DNA of 63,834 nt, the filler included, from Octopus bimaculoides (taxonomy: Eukaryota): NCBI RefSeq assembly GCF_001194135.2. It is 4 parts of 4 records of this genome, joined end to end, with 100 filler letters (N's around TTAATTAATTAA, not from the genome) between each part and the next. Parts side by side here need not be neighbours in the genome. Positions count along the whole stretch, not along the records: positions 1 to 20,800 come from NC_069001.1; positions 20,901 to 36,424 come from NC_069005.1; 2 more parts are not named here. The stretch is one strand, 5' to 3'. Each line of letters begins with the position of its first letter. Position 1 is the stretch's first letter. The position numbers and the translations under genes were made by a program. This document shows positions 10,665 through 20,997 of this stretch, one piece after another. Under the pieces are notes generated by a model. It was not told the origin of the DNA, made no database searches, and was given only the letters and a program-made list of their open reading frames with translations.

Positions 10665-13103
10665 CATTACAATTTTGCAGTACGAGTTTAATTCGTTCCA
10701 TGACCGAGCTCATTTTACGATTTACTCGTTTTACAAATCAATTTTCCCCATTGAAATCAATTAAAGTATAATTAATCCGTTCCAGCCCATAAAATCACCC
10801 AAAATATAATTTTCATGGGTTTTAAAATAGTAAAGGTACAGTTACAACGAAAATGAAAATTATAAAAACATAATAAAAGAGAATACAAAACAAATATGTA
10901 AACTGGTTTTATAAATCGAATTACCTTAAAGATAGGACGGTTTGTGAGCGAGTAAGACGATGAAGCGTTGAGGAGAAGGATTACTGTTTGAAAGGAGAAT
11001 CTCCTTTCAAGAAGAATGATTTCTGACGTTTTCTCTCTCACTCAGCTTAATTCAGGCTTTTTGGACACTTTCTTCACGTTTCACACTTGCAGGTCGTTTT
11101 ATTAGAAACATATCAAGAGAAGTCTGCTTTTTCCTGCCTTTCAAAATGTTACGAAAATGATACAGAGCGGTGTTATTAAATAAAGCAGCCACACGAGCTG
11201 TAGATACTTTTTCGGGATGATTTTTTTTCTACAAATTCAGAAACATATTGCCACTTTGCCAACACTGCCTTCTCCATTACACCATCCGCCTCCTCTTCCA
11301 CCGCATCCGAATGCTGCTGCACCTGAAGCTGCAGGAGTTCATCTGTCGTCAGCTCCCCTCGAGGCCCATGAACTTGCCAAGAGACACTATCTCCTCGACT
11401 ACCGGTATCTCAGACTCAAACCCCTTGAAGTCTCTTTCGGATACGCAATCGAGCCATAGTTTCAGTGTTCGCGTTACACCCTGCCAGTCATATCGATGGT
11501 TTACAGGTAGTAAACAAGGCTGTAGTGCTCCATAGAGGATTAGATTTGTATTTTCGGTGACTTCAAGCACCGACGAAACAGGTGTTTGGTGTACAATTTC
11601 TTAAAATTAGAAATCACCTGTTGGTCCATGGGCTGCAAGAGGTTGCGAGACAAGGTGGTGTTGCGTGGAAGGTACAGAGGTTAGGAGGGTGAGCAGGGGC
11701 ATTGTCAAAGATGAGGAGGGCCTTGAGAGGAAGNNNNNNNNNNNNNNNNNNNNNNNNNNNNNNNNNNNNNNNNNNNNNNNNNNNNNNNNNNNNNNNNNNN
11801 NNNNNNNNNNNNNNNNNNNNNNNNNNNNNNNNNNNNNNNNNNNNNNNNNNNNNNNNNNNNNNNNNNNNNNNNNNNNNNNNNNNNNNNNNNNNNNNNNNNN
11901 NNNNNNNNNNNNNNNNNNNNNNNNNNNNNNNNNNNNNNNNNNNNNNNNNNNNNNNNNNNNNNNNNNNNNNNNNNNNNNNNNNNNNNNNNNNNNNNNNNNN
12001 NNNNNNNNNNNNNNNNNNNNNNNNNNNNNNNNNNNNNNNNNNNNNNNNNNNNNNNNNNNNNNNNNNNNNNNNNNNNNNNNNNNNNNNNNNNNNNNNNNNN
12101 NNNNNNNNNNNNNNNNNNNNNNNNNNNNNNNNNNNNNNNNNNNNNNNNNNNNNNNNNNNNNNNNNNNNNNNNNNNNNNNNNNNNNNNNNNNNNNNNNNNN
12201 NNNNNNNNNNNNNNNNNNNNNNNNNNNNNNNNNNNNNNNNNNNNNNNNNNNNNNNNNNNNNNNNNNNNNNNNNNNNNNNNNNNNNNNNNNNNNNNNNNNN
12301 NNNNNNNNNNNNNNNNNNNNNNNNNNNNNNNNNNNNNNNNNNNNNNNNNNNNNNNNNNNNTGCTACTCCATACTTGACAACACTATGAACACCAGCCCTT
12401 AAATGCGTCTGCTGATGTTTCTTCCGTCGATGTTCCCGGGTTCGGCTTCAGGAAATCCCCATACAGCGCTCGTGCTTTCTTGCAGATGATGATCTCCGTC
12501 ATCGTATCTCCTGTGAGTTGTTTCTCCTTGATCCACGGGAGAAGCAATTTTTCCATCTCTTCGTGGACAGATGTGTGTTGCTTAGAGAGCCTGGAGACAC
12601 CTTTTGCTGCTGTAACGGCCTTGATCTCGTTCTTTTTCTTCAGGATGGTGCAGATCGTCGACGTGCTTCGGTCGTATTGACGTGCTATGTCCACCACACA
12701 CACTCCCCTCGCATGTTTATCAATGATTTCATTCTTCACGTTTATCGCAATCAGCATTTTCTTTTTCTCAGCACTATCCTTTGCACTAACCTTCTTAGGA
12801 CCCATGGCTAACACAACTAATTATTATAAAATAATAACAAAAGCGCAAAAAAACTAAAAAAAAACATTGGAAAAAACACAATAAGGATGCTGCCATAACG
12901 AGATAAACACGTGAACTGAGTGAGCGGATGCTGCTCTTGTTGGGAGAGCGTGTGCGAGTTCAGCACCGACTAGCGGTCATTTGTATGAAACTCGCTCATA
13001 TTGCTGATTCCCGCTCGTACTACAAGACAAGAATTCACACGAGCCTCGGCTCGTACAGTAAATTAGTCGTACAATAGTGCACTTGTACTGTGAGGTTCTA
13101 TTG
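10665..13103 (-). mobile_element. Near full-length (about 2.4 kb) Tigger/pogo DNA transposon spanning an assembly gap
   Basis: Terminus TA|CAATAGAACCTCACAGTAC at 13103 with a degenerate counterpart near 10665 and transposase between them. The left boundary is approximate. Confidence 0.85.
11052..12805 (-). pseudogene. Tigger/TIGD1-like (CENP-B/pogo family) transposase, frameshifted, with its middle in a gap
   Basis: N-terminal HTH reads MGPKKVSAKD...STSTICTILKKK...EMEKLLLPWIKEKQL. The DDE_1 part reads LLIFDNAPAHP and QPMDQQVISNFKKLY. The C-terminus reads FRNILKGRKKQTSLDMF. Confidence 0.9.
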
Positions 13104-13169
13104 TATTTCTGTTTGCCACTTAATTCCTCCGCATCACAAGTTTCATTTAATTTGTTTTTGCAGGAAGAG

Positions 13170-13411
13170 CTATTCTAACAATGCGTCCTGCCCTAACTCT
13201 TCGAAACGCTTAGTTTAGAATAGGGGCAGCTGATGAAGGAAATGTTCTCTATGTGGCCTGTTTTGTTTTCTGTGCTCTGTTTATGTTCTGTTTTTCATTT
13301 TGTCCACGTTTTTTTGTGACGTCCTGTACTCAGATATGCATCTATATATACATGTAGATGTAGGTATGTACATACATGTACGTATATATGCATATATTCA
13401 CATATTATTTG

Positions 13412-13445
<34 letters not shown>

Positions 13446-13487
13446 AAATGTGTACTTACATATAAGAGACAAAATGTACGTACGCCG

Positions 13488-13526
<39 letters not shown>

Positions 13527-13990
13527 ACAGAATGGGACAAGAACGTAAAACATCCAGGCAGTTAGGTGATACAAGAAAGGGACAAAACATCCAGATAGAC
13601 AGATAGACGATACAAAGAAAACACCGACATGTCATTCAGAGTTTTCTCTCTTCAGTCGAGATCCAAATTATCTTTGCAATTTCGGCTGGTTATTCTCGAT
13701 ATTGCTCTAATCTGGTCAGCGTCAAGGAAAAACTAAGCTAAAAGCATTAGATTCCTTGGAAGAAAGCAGCGAATGTATACGAAAACAAGGACGGAAAAAA
13801 AACGAACAATGTTACTTCCTTGCCTTCTCTGCACACGGCAAGAAATAACATAACTCGTACAGAAATTTTACCTAGAGTGTGTGTGTGTGCTAAGGGAAGT
13901 AATTTTATGGCAATCTTTTGGTTGAAGCAGCAAAGATCGATCATATGAGATCATATGATTGTTGGTTAATTTCCGTAAAAATTTTATATT
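13170..13990. mobile_element. Two probable Penelope-like pseudo-LTR remnants converging on a (TA)n tract
   Basis: Plus-strand CTGATGA at about 13230 and minus-strand CTGAAGA-GAG-AAAA-CTC at about 13640-13660, each followed by a T-rich tail ending at the TA repeats. Both hammerhead motifs are incomplete. Confidence 0.4.
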
Positions 13991-14039
13991 TCTTTATGCT
14001 TCGAAGAGAGCAGAAATTGAAAGAAAGGGGAAAGTGAAA

Positions 14040-14130
14040 AGGTGATGTCAACCCTTCGCCTTCTGCAACATTTCAACAATTCACTTCCCTGTTGCCGTTT
14101 CCCATTGCAGCCCATTTCCGGAATGTAGCC
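14040..14130 (-). mobile_element. Small RTE-type LINE apurinic-endonuclease N-terminal remnant
   Basis: Frameshift-corrected reading GSEIVEMLQRRRVDI resembles the VEML.RRRVD motif of RTE ORF2. Confidence 0.35.
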
Positions 14131-14339
14131 ATTTACGTACAGTATCTCCATTACACCTCCATTTATTTGACTCAGCCATACGATGGGTCGTGTTAGTCGC
14201 AGCGCTGACCGCCTCAAAGGCGACTATATCTACTGACAGCTTTTCGCTGGGTTCAAAAATTACATACCCTCCCCTTCTCCTAATTTTCCATGATACATTA
14301 AGGCCTGGAAACCTCCAAACGGACGTATTACATATCGCT

Positions 14340-14427
14340 TAGTCGAATTAGACTATCATTTACTTCACAAATGTTTTGTCGTCAATGCTGCACTTTCCTG
14401 TATCACCTGTTTCAACATAACTGTAAT

Positions 14428-14474
<47 letters not shown>

Positions 14475-14547
14475 AACACACACACACATATATATACAAA
14501 TTATACCATTTTAATACCAAGCAACGCCGGGTATCTCTACTTATATA
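14340..14547 (+). mobile_element. Possible non-autonomous Helitron-like element (3' end)
   Basis: Ends in CCAAGCAACGCCGGG-TATCTCT-ACTT, resembling a degenerate subterminal hairpin plus CTAG terminus. The terminus is mutated. Confidence 0.3.
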
Positions 14548-15436
14548 NNNNNNNNNNNNNNNNNNNNNNNNNNNNNNNNNNNNNNNNNNNNNNNNNNNNN
14601 NNNNNNNNNNNNNNNNNNNNNNNNNNNNNNNNNNNNNNNNNNNNNNNNNNNNNNNNNNNNNNNNNNNNNNNNNNNNNNNNNNNNNNNNNNNNNNNNNNNN
14701 NNNNNNNNNNNNNNNNNNNNNNNNNNNNNNNNNNNNNNNNNNNNNNNNNNNNNNNNNNNNNNNNNNNNNNNNNNNNNNNNNNNNNNNNNNNNNNNNNNNN
14801 NNNNNNNNNNNNNNNNNNNNNNNNNNNNNNNNNNNNNNNNNNNNNNNNNNNNNNNNNNNNNNNNNNNNNNNNNNNNNNNNNNNNNNNNNNNNNNNNNNNN
14901 NNNNNNNNNNNNNNNNNNNNNNNNNNNNNNNNNNNNNNNNNNNNNNNNNNNNNNNNNNNNNNNNNNNNNNNNNNNNNNNNNNNNNNNNNNNNNNNNNNNN
15001 NNNNNNNNNNNNNNNNNNNNNNNNNNNNNNNNNNNNNNNNNNNNNNNNNNNNNNNNNNNNNNNNNNNNNNNNNNNNNNNNNNNNNNNNNNNNNNNNNNNN
15101 NNNNNNNNNNNNNNNNNNNNNNNNNNNNNNNNNNNNNNNNNNNNNNNNNNNNNNNNNNNNNNNNNNNNNNNNNNNNNNNNNNNNNNNNNNNNNNNNNNNN
15201 NNNNNNNNNNNNNNNNNNNNNNNNNNNNNNNNNNNNNNNNNNNNNNNNNNNNNNNNNNNNNNNNNNNNNNNNNNNNNNNNNNNNNNNNNNNNNNNNNNNN
15301 NNNNNNNNNNNNNNNNNNNNNNNNNNNNNNNNNNNNNNNNNNNNNNNNNNNNNNNNNTATATATATATATATATTGACCGTTGACTGAACACTATTCAAT
15401 TTTTTTTTCTCCGTGTTTTTCTCCTTGTCACCGTAT

Positions 15437-15473
15437 TCTTTCTGTTGAAGAGCGTAGCTCGAAACGTCAAAGA
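15437..15473 (+). ncRNA. Minimal type I hammerhead-like motif with a variant core, in a probable Penelope pseudo-LTR
   Basis: TCTTT-CTGTTGA-A-GAGC/GTA/GCTC-GAAA-CG-TC-AAAGA gives a 5-bp helix I, a 4-bp helix II, a palindromic ACGT helix III and a GUC triplet. The core has U in place of A6. Confidence 0.6.
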
Positions 15474-17206
15474 CTTTCCGTATTCCCGAGCGTCATACTA
15501 ATATATACTTTTGTTATTTACACCACCTGTCCTCGTCTGTTGTTATTATTTGTATATTCTCCCATATATATATATATATATACACACATTATAAATGCGC
15601 GTGTATATTTATAATTTAAAAGTGTGTGTATGTGTGTGTGTGCGTGTGCAGAAATAGATAGATAAATAGAGAGACAGATAGATAAGATAGATATTATATA
15701 CATATATACACGTATATATATTATATTTATGCATACAATCATATATACACGAATTGGTTTGTAAATAATATGTATATCTGTATGTATGTACGTATGTATG
15801 TATGTATGTATGTATGTGTATGTGTGTGTGTATAAATATATGTATATATACATACATATATATATATGTGTGTGTGTGTGTGTGCATTATCGAACAGACA
15901 TGCACAATGTATGTGCCTTGCTTGTTCGCTGGTCGGCGATGATTCTCTCATAGTGCCGGGTGTAGTAACTTTGATTTACAGCTATTACCAGTAGCACACG
16001 CACAAACACACACATACAAAATCAGGAGGGTAGTCATTGCGCATGACGCTTTACAAGCCCTTTAAGATTAGTGATGAGGTGGGAGGAAGACATCCTCAGA
16101 CCGGAGACCTGGCCCGACTCAGCTAAAGGTACCCAAGGGCTAGATGTTGGCGTTAAACTGAGATATGGGTTAAGTCTACCACCCAAGTGGCTCGCAACAG
16201 AATTTGAGCTCCGAATGCAAAGAGCTGTGAGGAATACATTAAGGTATTCCGTCTAATTCTCTAAAGATTCCTCTAACGCACTGCTTTTGACTGATACTTT
16301 TGTTATCGACCCCCAGAAGAATGTAAAGCAAATATGGCCACAGCGGGATTTGGACTTCGAATACAATATTGGTTTCAAATTTTGGCACAGGGCCAGCAAT
16401 TTGTGGGGAGGAGGTAAGTAGATTACATCAAGCCCAGTCTGCAACTGGTGTATATTTTATCGATCCCGAGAGGATGAAAGGCAAAGTCAGCCTGGGCGAA
16501 ATTCGAACTTAGAACGTAAAGACGCATTTTGCCAGACGTGTTAATGGTTCTTCCAGCTCACCGCCTGAGACTTCGAATATAATATTGAAAGCTGGTTCTA
16601 AAACGAAACTTTGCATCATTCTTATGAAAATTCCCTGCAATGAAGTCGATTATTAAATCGGCTTCACTACAGGAAATTTCTATAAGAATTATATCAATAA
16701 GGTATCGTAGATGTTGAATGGAATGGAAACAAACTAAGAATACAAGACAACAGGGTGTATCCCGATGGAAATTTTCGCAGTTGTTTTCAGCAGATCGAGT
16801 AACTATATAGCGGATCTCTTATTGATTCAAAATAAGTACCAGTCAAGTACTGAGGAAGATGATTAAATTAACTCCACCCCACCCCCAGCCAAATTCTTTG
16901 GCGTTCTGCCTCTCTTAGAAATTGCTTTTAATTATTTACAATTCTTCTCACACTAAACACGAATAAACAACATGAACAACAACAGAGAAAAATCCCGTTG
17001 TATAGTTGGTTCAAATAAGTTTACAGTTCAATTCCATGGAGAATTTCTTGAATAGCTTTACTCAGACTCAACAATATTCTCTCTCTTCAATGCCAAATTT
17101 GTTCGATCGCTTAACTTATTTCATTTATATTTTTGAATTATTCATTTATATTTGGAATAATTTATTTTGTATATTTTTGAAATTTTAAGCAGTCTTTCTC
17201 TACACG

Positions 17207-17360
17207 ATTGGCCAGTTTACGTAAGCTCATCTTTCACAATTTTGCCCACAGATCTGCTTTTCCCATTGACCGAGATCGTTCAATTCCCGGCCTCTGATTG
17301 GTCGAGTTATGACGTGAAGAGTTTCTCTTTCTCTCTCTCTTTCTCTCTCTCACTCTTGCT
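17207..17360. promoter_or_regulatory. Promoter-like cluster: two reverse CCAAT boxes, each followed by a bZIP site, then (CT)n
   Basis: ATTGG at 17207-17211 with TTACGTAA at 17217-17224, and ATTGG at 17297-17301 with TGACGTGA at 17310-17317. The sequence is unique and locally GC-richer. Confidence 0.45.
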
Positions 17361-17914
17361 CCTTCACTCTTTCGCTGGTGAACCTATTTTATTCAACATA
17401 CTGTGATGTCCTACATCAAATCAATCAACAGCATTCATGAAAGAAAACATCAAGATTTACTCGCATAAGATAGTTAGAAATATACATACGCCTCAAAATG
17501 TTTAGTGTGTGGAGACGGTAATACAAGTTGCAGTATAACTAGTATTACTGATTGTATCTGCGATCTTACCCAGAAAGTGAAACCACTGAATCCCGCAGAC
17601 ATCGGCAAACAAAATGAAAGTACAATCATATTAGGTAGCGTTCGACTAACAAATCGGCAATAAAATCAAACTCGCCTTTTTTTTTTCTATTTTTCTTTGA
17701 AACTGAAATTTTATTTCGGCACAAGTTACCATCGTGATCGTTATGAAATGGTCCACCAGATTCCAAGGACGGTGGTATTTCACAAGCCGTAGATATGTCT
17801 ATCTCGAGTCGAAATGCCTCTATTTTATTGCACATCTTCATCGCACGGCATACCTACCTACATAAGTGAGCCTCTCCTCACCGATTTTGCTTTATTTATC
17901 TTCTATCATTTATT

Positions 17915-18420
17915 TGTTTCAGTCATTTGACTGTGGCCATGCTGTAGCACCACCTTCAAGCTTAATACTTTTTCTGTCTATTTTGCCGAGCCGCTAAGTT
18001 ACGGGAACGTAAATACACCAACACCAGTTATCAAGAGATAGTGAGGAACAAAGATACACACAGATATATACCACGGGATGCTGAAAAGTTCCTGGCTTCG
18101 GGTAAAAGCAACTACAGGAGAGTCTGTTAATTGTGATTTTATCGAACATATTCCCCCATCAGATTCACACACTTATTGCAGCGGTCTTTCAGTTTTTTTA
18201 AGCCCTGTAAAAGAACTCGGAACCAGACCTTCTGTGATATCCTTAAAGCCAGGAACTTTTCAGTGGGCTTCTTTCAGTTTCCGTCTATCAAATCCACTCG
18301 CAAAGTTTTGGTCGGCCCGAAGGTATAATAAAAGACACTTGCCCAAAGTGCAATGCAGTGGAACTGAACCCGGAACCGTGTGGTTGGGAAGCAAGCTTCT
18401 TACCATAAAGCCACGCCTTT
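17915..18420 (-). mobile_element. tRNA-derived SINE family A, interrupted by a mariner MITE
   Basis: Both halves match the full copy at 19378-19773 in reverse orientation. Confidence 0.85.
18070..18263. mobile_element. Mariner-derived MITE inserted in the central TA tract of a SINE
   Basis: Inverted repeats GCTGAAAAGTTCCTGGCTT and AAGCCAGGAACTTTTCAG; the right end is truncated. Confidence 0.75.
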
Positions 18421-19377
18421 TCAGAAAAATACGTATTTTTTAATGAAATTTTCCACCAATATCTTTCAGGAGGTCTAGATTACGATTGTACTGGAATTTA
18501 ATGTGAATAATTATAATAATTTGGGGAGCGCTCACACATACATACTGTCACATATGAGGTATATGTCTGCAAAGGGAAATTTGAAATTATGTAGATATAT
18601 ATGTATTGTATGTCAGTATGTATATATGCGCGGCTACCTTTTTTTTTTCTTTTTACCAATTTTTATTTCGATATAATCGTAATTTACACAATCTGAAAAG
18701 TATCTCTAGAAAATTTCATTGAAAAGAAAATATCCATTTTCTGAAAGCCATGAGGAAACAAAATGTCTGCAGCGCGGGTAACACTTGTATAGGTATGCCC
18801 ATCACTCAGTATGGACCTGATTTATAACTGGCGAGTGGAGCTGCTTACCAAACGACTACCTAACCACTGAATAATAAACCACAGTCTGTTGCACTTCGTT
18901 GATCCCAACGTAGGATACAACTGTACTCACACCGTAGAAGGAACGGAGTAAAATCAAATACAAACATTGCGCCAAACATAGGACATCAGGCAAGTTCATC
19001 AACGGCAATTTTCTGACGTCATTCTCATAAACAGAACACAATTATGCATTTATCCTGTCGTCATTTCATTCACTTAAATTCTAGGAAAAGCTAATTTATA
19101 AATAAACATCAGATATCATTATCTATCATACTTATTTTCTTTCAGATTTCATTTTAAAATAAATCGTTTGGACTTTACGAGTATATATATAGCGTCTAAT
19201 TAGGCGGCTGACAGATTCATTTCATTGGCCTCACACATGTACACATTATACGTATTTGTGTGTCCGTCTCTCTATCTATCTCTGTCTCTCTGTCTGTCTT
19301 TCTATCTATCTATCTATCTATTTATCTCCTTACGTACGTATGTAAAAATATTTCTACATACATACATACATACATAC

Positions 19378-19773
19378 AGGAGTGGCTGTGTGGTAAGTAG
19401 CTTGCTTACCAACCACATGGTTCCGGGTTCAGTCCCACTGCGTGGCACCATCGGCAAGTGTCTTCTACTATAGCCTCGGGCCGACCAAAGCCTTGTGAGT
19501 GGATTTGGTAGACGGAAGCTGAAAAAAGCTCGTCGTATAATATGTATATATATATGTATGTGTGTTTGTGTGTCTGTGTTTGTCCCCCAACATCGCTTGA
19601 CAACCGATGCTGGTGTGTTTACGTCCCCGTAACTCAGCGGTTCGGCAAAAGAGACCGATAGAATAAGTACTAGGCTTCCAAAGAATAAGTCCTGGGGTCG
19701 ATTCGCTCGACTAAAGGCGGTGCTCCAGCATGGCCACAGTCAAATGACTGAAACAGTTAAATGAGTAAAAGAG
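19378..19773 (+). mobile_element. Full-length tRNA-derived SINE family A with an internal (TA)/(TG) microsatellite
   Basis: Head AGGAGTGGCTGTGTGGTAAG...GGTTCAGTCCC and tail GACTGAAACA...AAAAGAG. More than 12 related full or partial copies occur in the window, for example near 31325, 34001, 36540, 52220, 53440, 58407, 62555 and 63310. Confidence 0.92.
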
Positions 19774-19795
19774 TATACATACATACATACATACA

Positions 19796-19826
<31 letters not shown>

Positions 19827-20029
19827 TTCCAAAAACGGTTTCAAAGGGATATGTTATCCTGGCGGTTTCCGTGTTTCCTCTTAAATCGGTTATAAATGCC
19901 GGTTAACCACAGCGATTGTTAGCCATTCCCGAGTTAGTAATAAGTTACTTGACTCCGGTAATTATTCACGCTTGGTAAATTCGAGTGTCCTTCTTAGGAA
20001 TGCATAGTTTCCGGAGAGCAAGTAATAGC

Positions 20030-20284
20030 ATTAATATTGGTCAAGAGAACAGAGATTTTCCACATCTATAATTTTATTAAATTAAGCAGTTATTTACAGC
20101 TTAAATTTGAATGGCAGTAAATATGTGCTCTGAAGAAACTGCATCGACAATAGAACCAAAATGTACACCTAACAGTTGATGCAGTTGAAACACGCGTAGG
20201 TCCACGAAAGAATGCTGTAAATAACTGTTTAATTTAATAAAATTATAGATGTGGAAAATCTCAGTCCTCCTGACAATTATTAAT
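20030..20284. repeat. 71-bp inverted repeat (65/71 identical) enclosing a 113-bp spacer that contains a hammerhead
   Basis: Arms are 20030-20100 and 20214-20284. The inner 49 bp have a single mismatch. Confidence 0.92.
20124..20206 (+). ncRNA. Type I hammerhead ribozyme with an intact catalytic core
   Basis: CTGAAGA at 20130-20136; 12-bp helix II AACTGCATCGAC/GTTGATGCAGTT; GAAA at 20187-20190; near-palindromic helix III ACACGCGT; GUA triplet at 20196-20198; bulged helix I (TGTGCT/GG-TC-CACG). Confidence 0.8.
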
Positions 20285-20285
20285 A

Positions 20286-20800
20286 CGAGGATAATCCCAA
20301 AAGTAAGGTCTCCAAAGCGCTGGAGATGCAGGGAAACAGTGTGTGCGGCTATTGCAACACTGTTGTGTTTTTTGTGCATGCGCATGCGTCTACATCTGCG
20401 TGCGCTTCGCTGCCACGCTCAGTCTTGGCTTGGCACTCGTATCTGATGGAGCACCCGATTGACGCTACTGCCAAGTGTGAAGATCGCGCAGTTATTCGGA
20501 TTTTGAACGCAAAAGGCATTAAACCGATTGAAATTCATCGCCAATTAACGGAAGTGTATGGCGTGTCGTACATGGATGCCAGTAACGTCTGCAAGCGGTG
20601 TAGGGAGTTTGCAGCTGGTTGTACAGAAATTCATGACGAAGAAAGAAGCGGGCGACCATCAATTTCCAACGAGACAGTCGCGAAGGTTGAGCAAATCCTG
20701 CGTGAAAATCGGCGGATCACTCTGGATGATCTCTGCCTTTTGGTTCCTGGGGTTTCCCGAAGCACCATTCATAGGGTTTTGAGTGAAAAGTTGCAATATC
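20286..20800 (+). mobile_element. 5' half of a mariner transposon with an open N-terminal transposase (ATG at 20446, running into the gap)
   Basis: TA|CGAGGATAATCCCAAAAGTAAGGTCTCC terminus; the translation MEHPIDATAKCEDRAVIRILNAKG...DEERSGRPS...ENRRIT is a mariner HTH region. Confidence 0.9.
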
Positions 20801-20900
20801 NNNNNNNNNNNNNNNNNNNNNNNNNNNNNNNNNNNNNNNNNNNNTTAATTAATTAANNNNNNNNNNNNNNNNNNNNNNNNNNNNNNNNNNNNNNNNNNNN

Positions 20901-20936
<36 letters not shown>

Positions 20937-20997
20937 TGTATATATATGTACCTATGTATGTATGTAGGTACATATATACATAGATCCATATATGTCT

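Noticed and set aside
11217-11535. Plus-strand proline-rich ORFs after an apparently good acceptor (ttcag|AAACAT)
   Set aside because: They are the antisense shadow of the Tigger transposase C-terminus on the minus strand.
13200-13245. CGAAAC upstream of CTGATGA, suggesting a circularly permuted (type II) hammerhead
   Set aside because: Helices I and III cannot be formed convincingly; it is kept only as a decayed pseudo-LTR.
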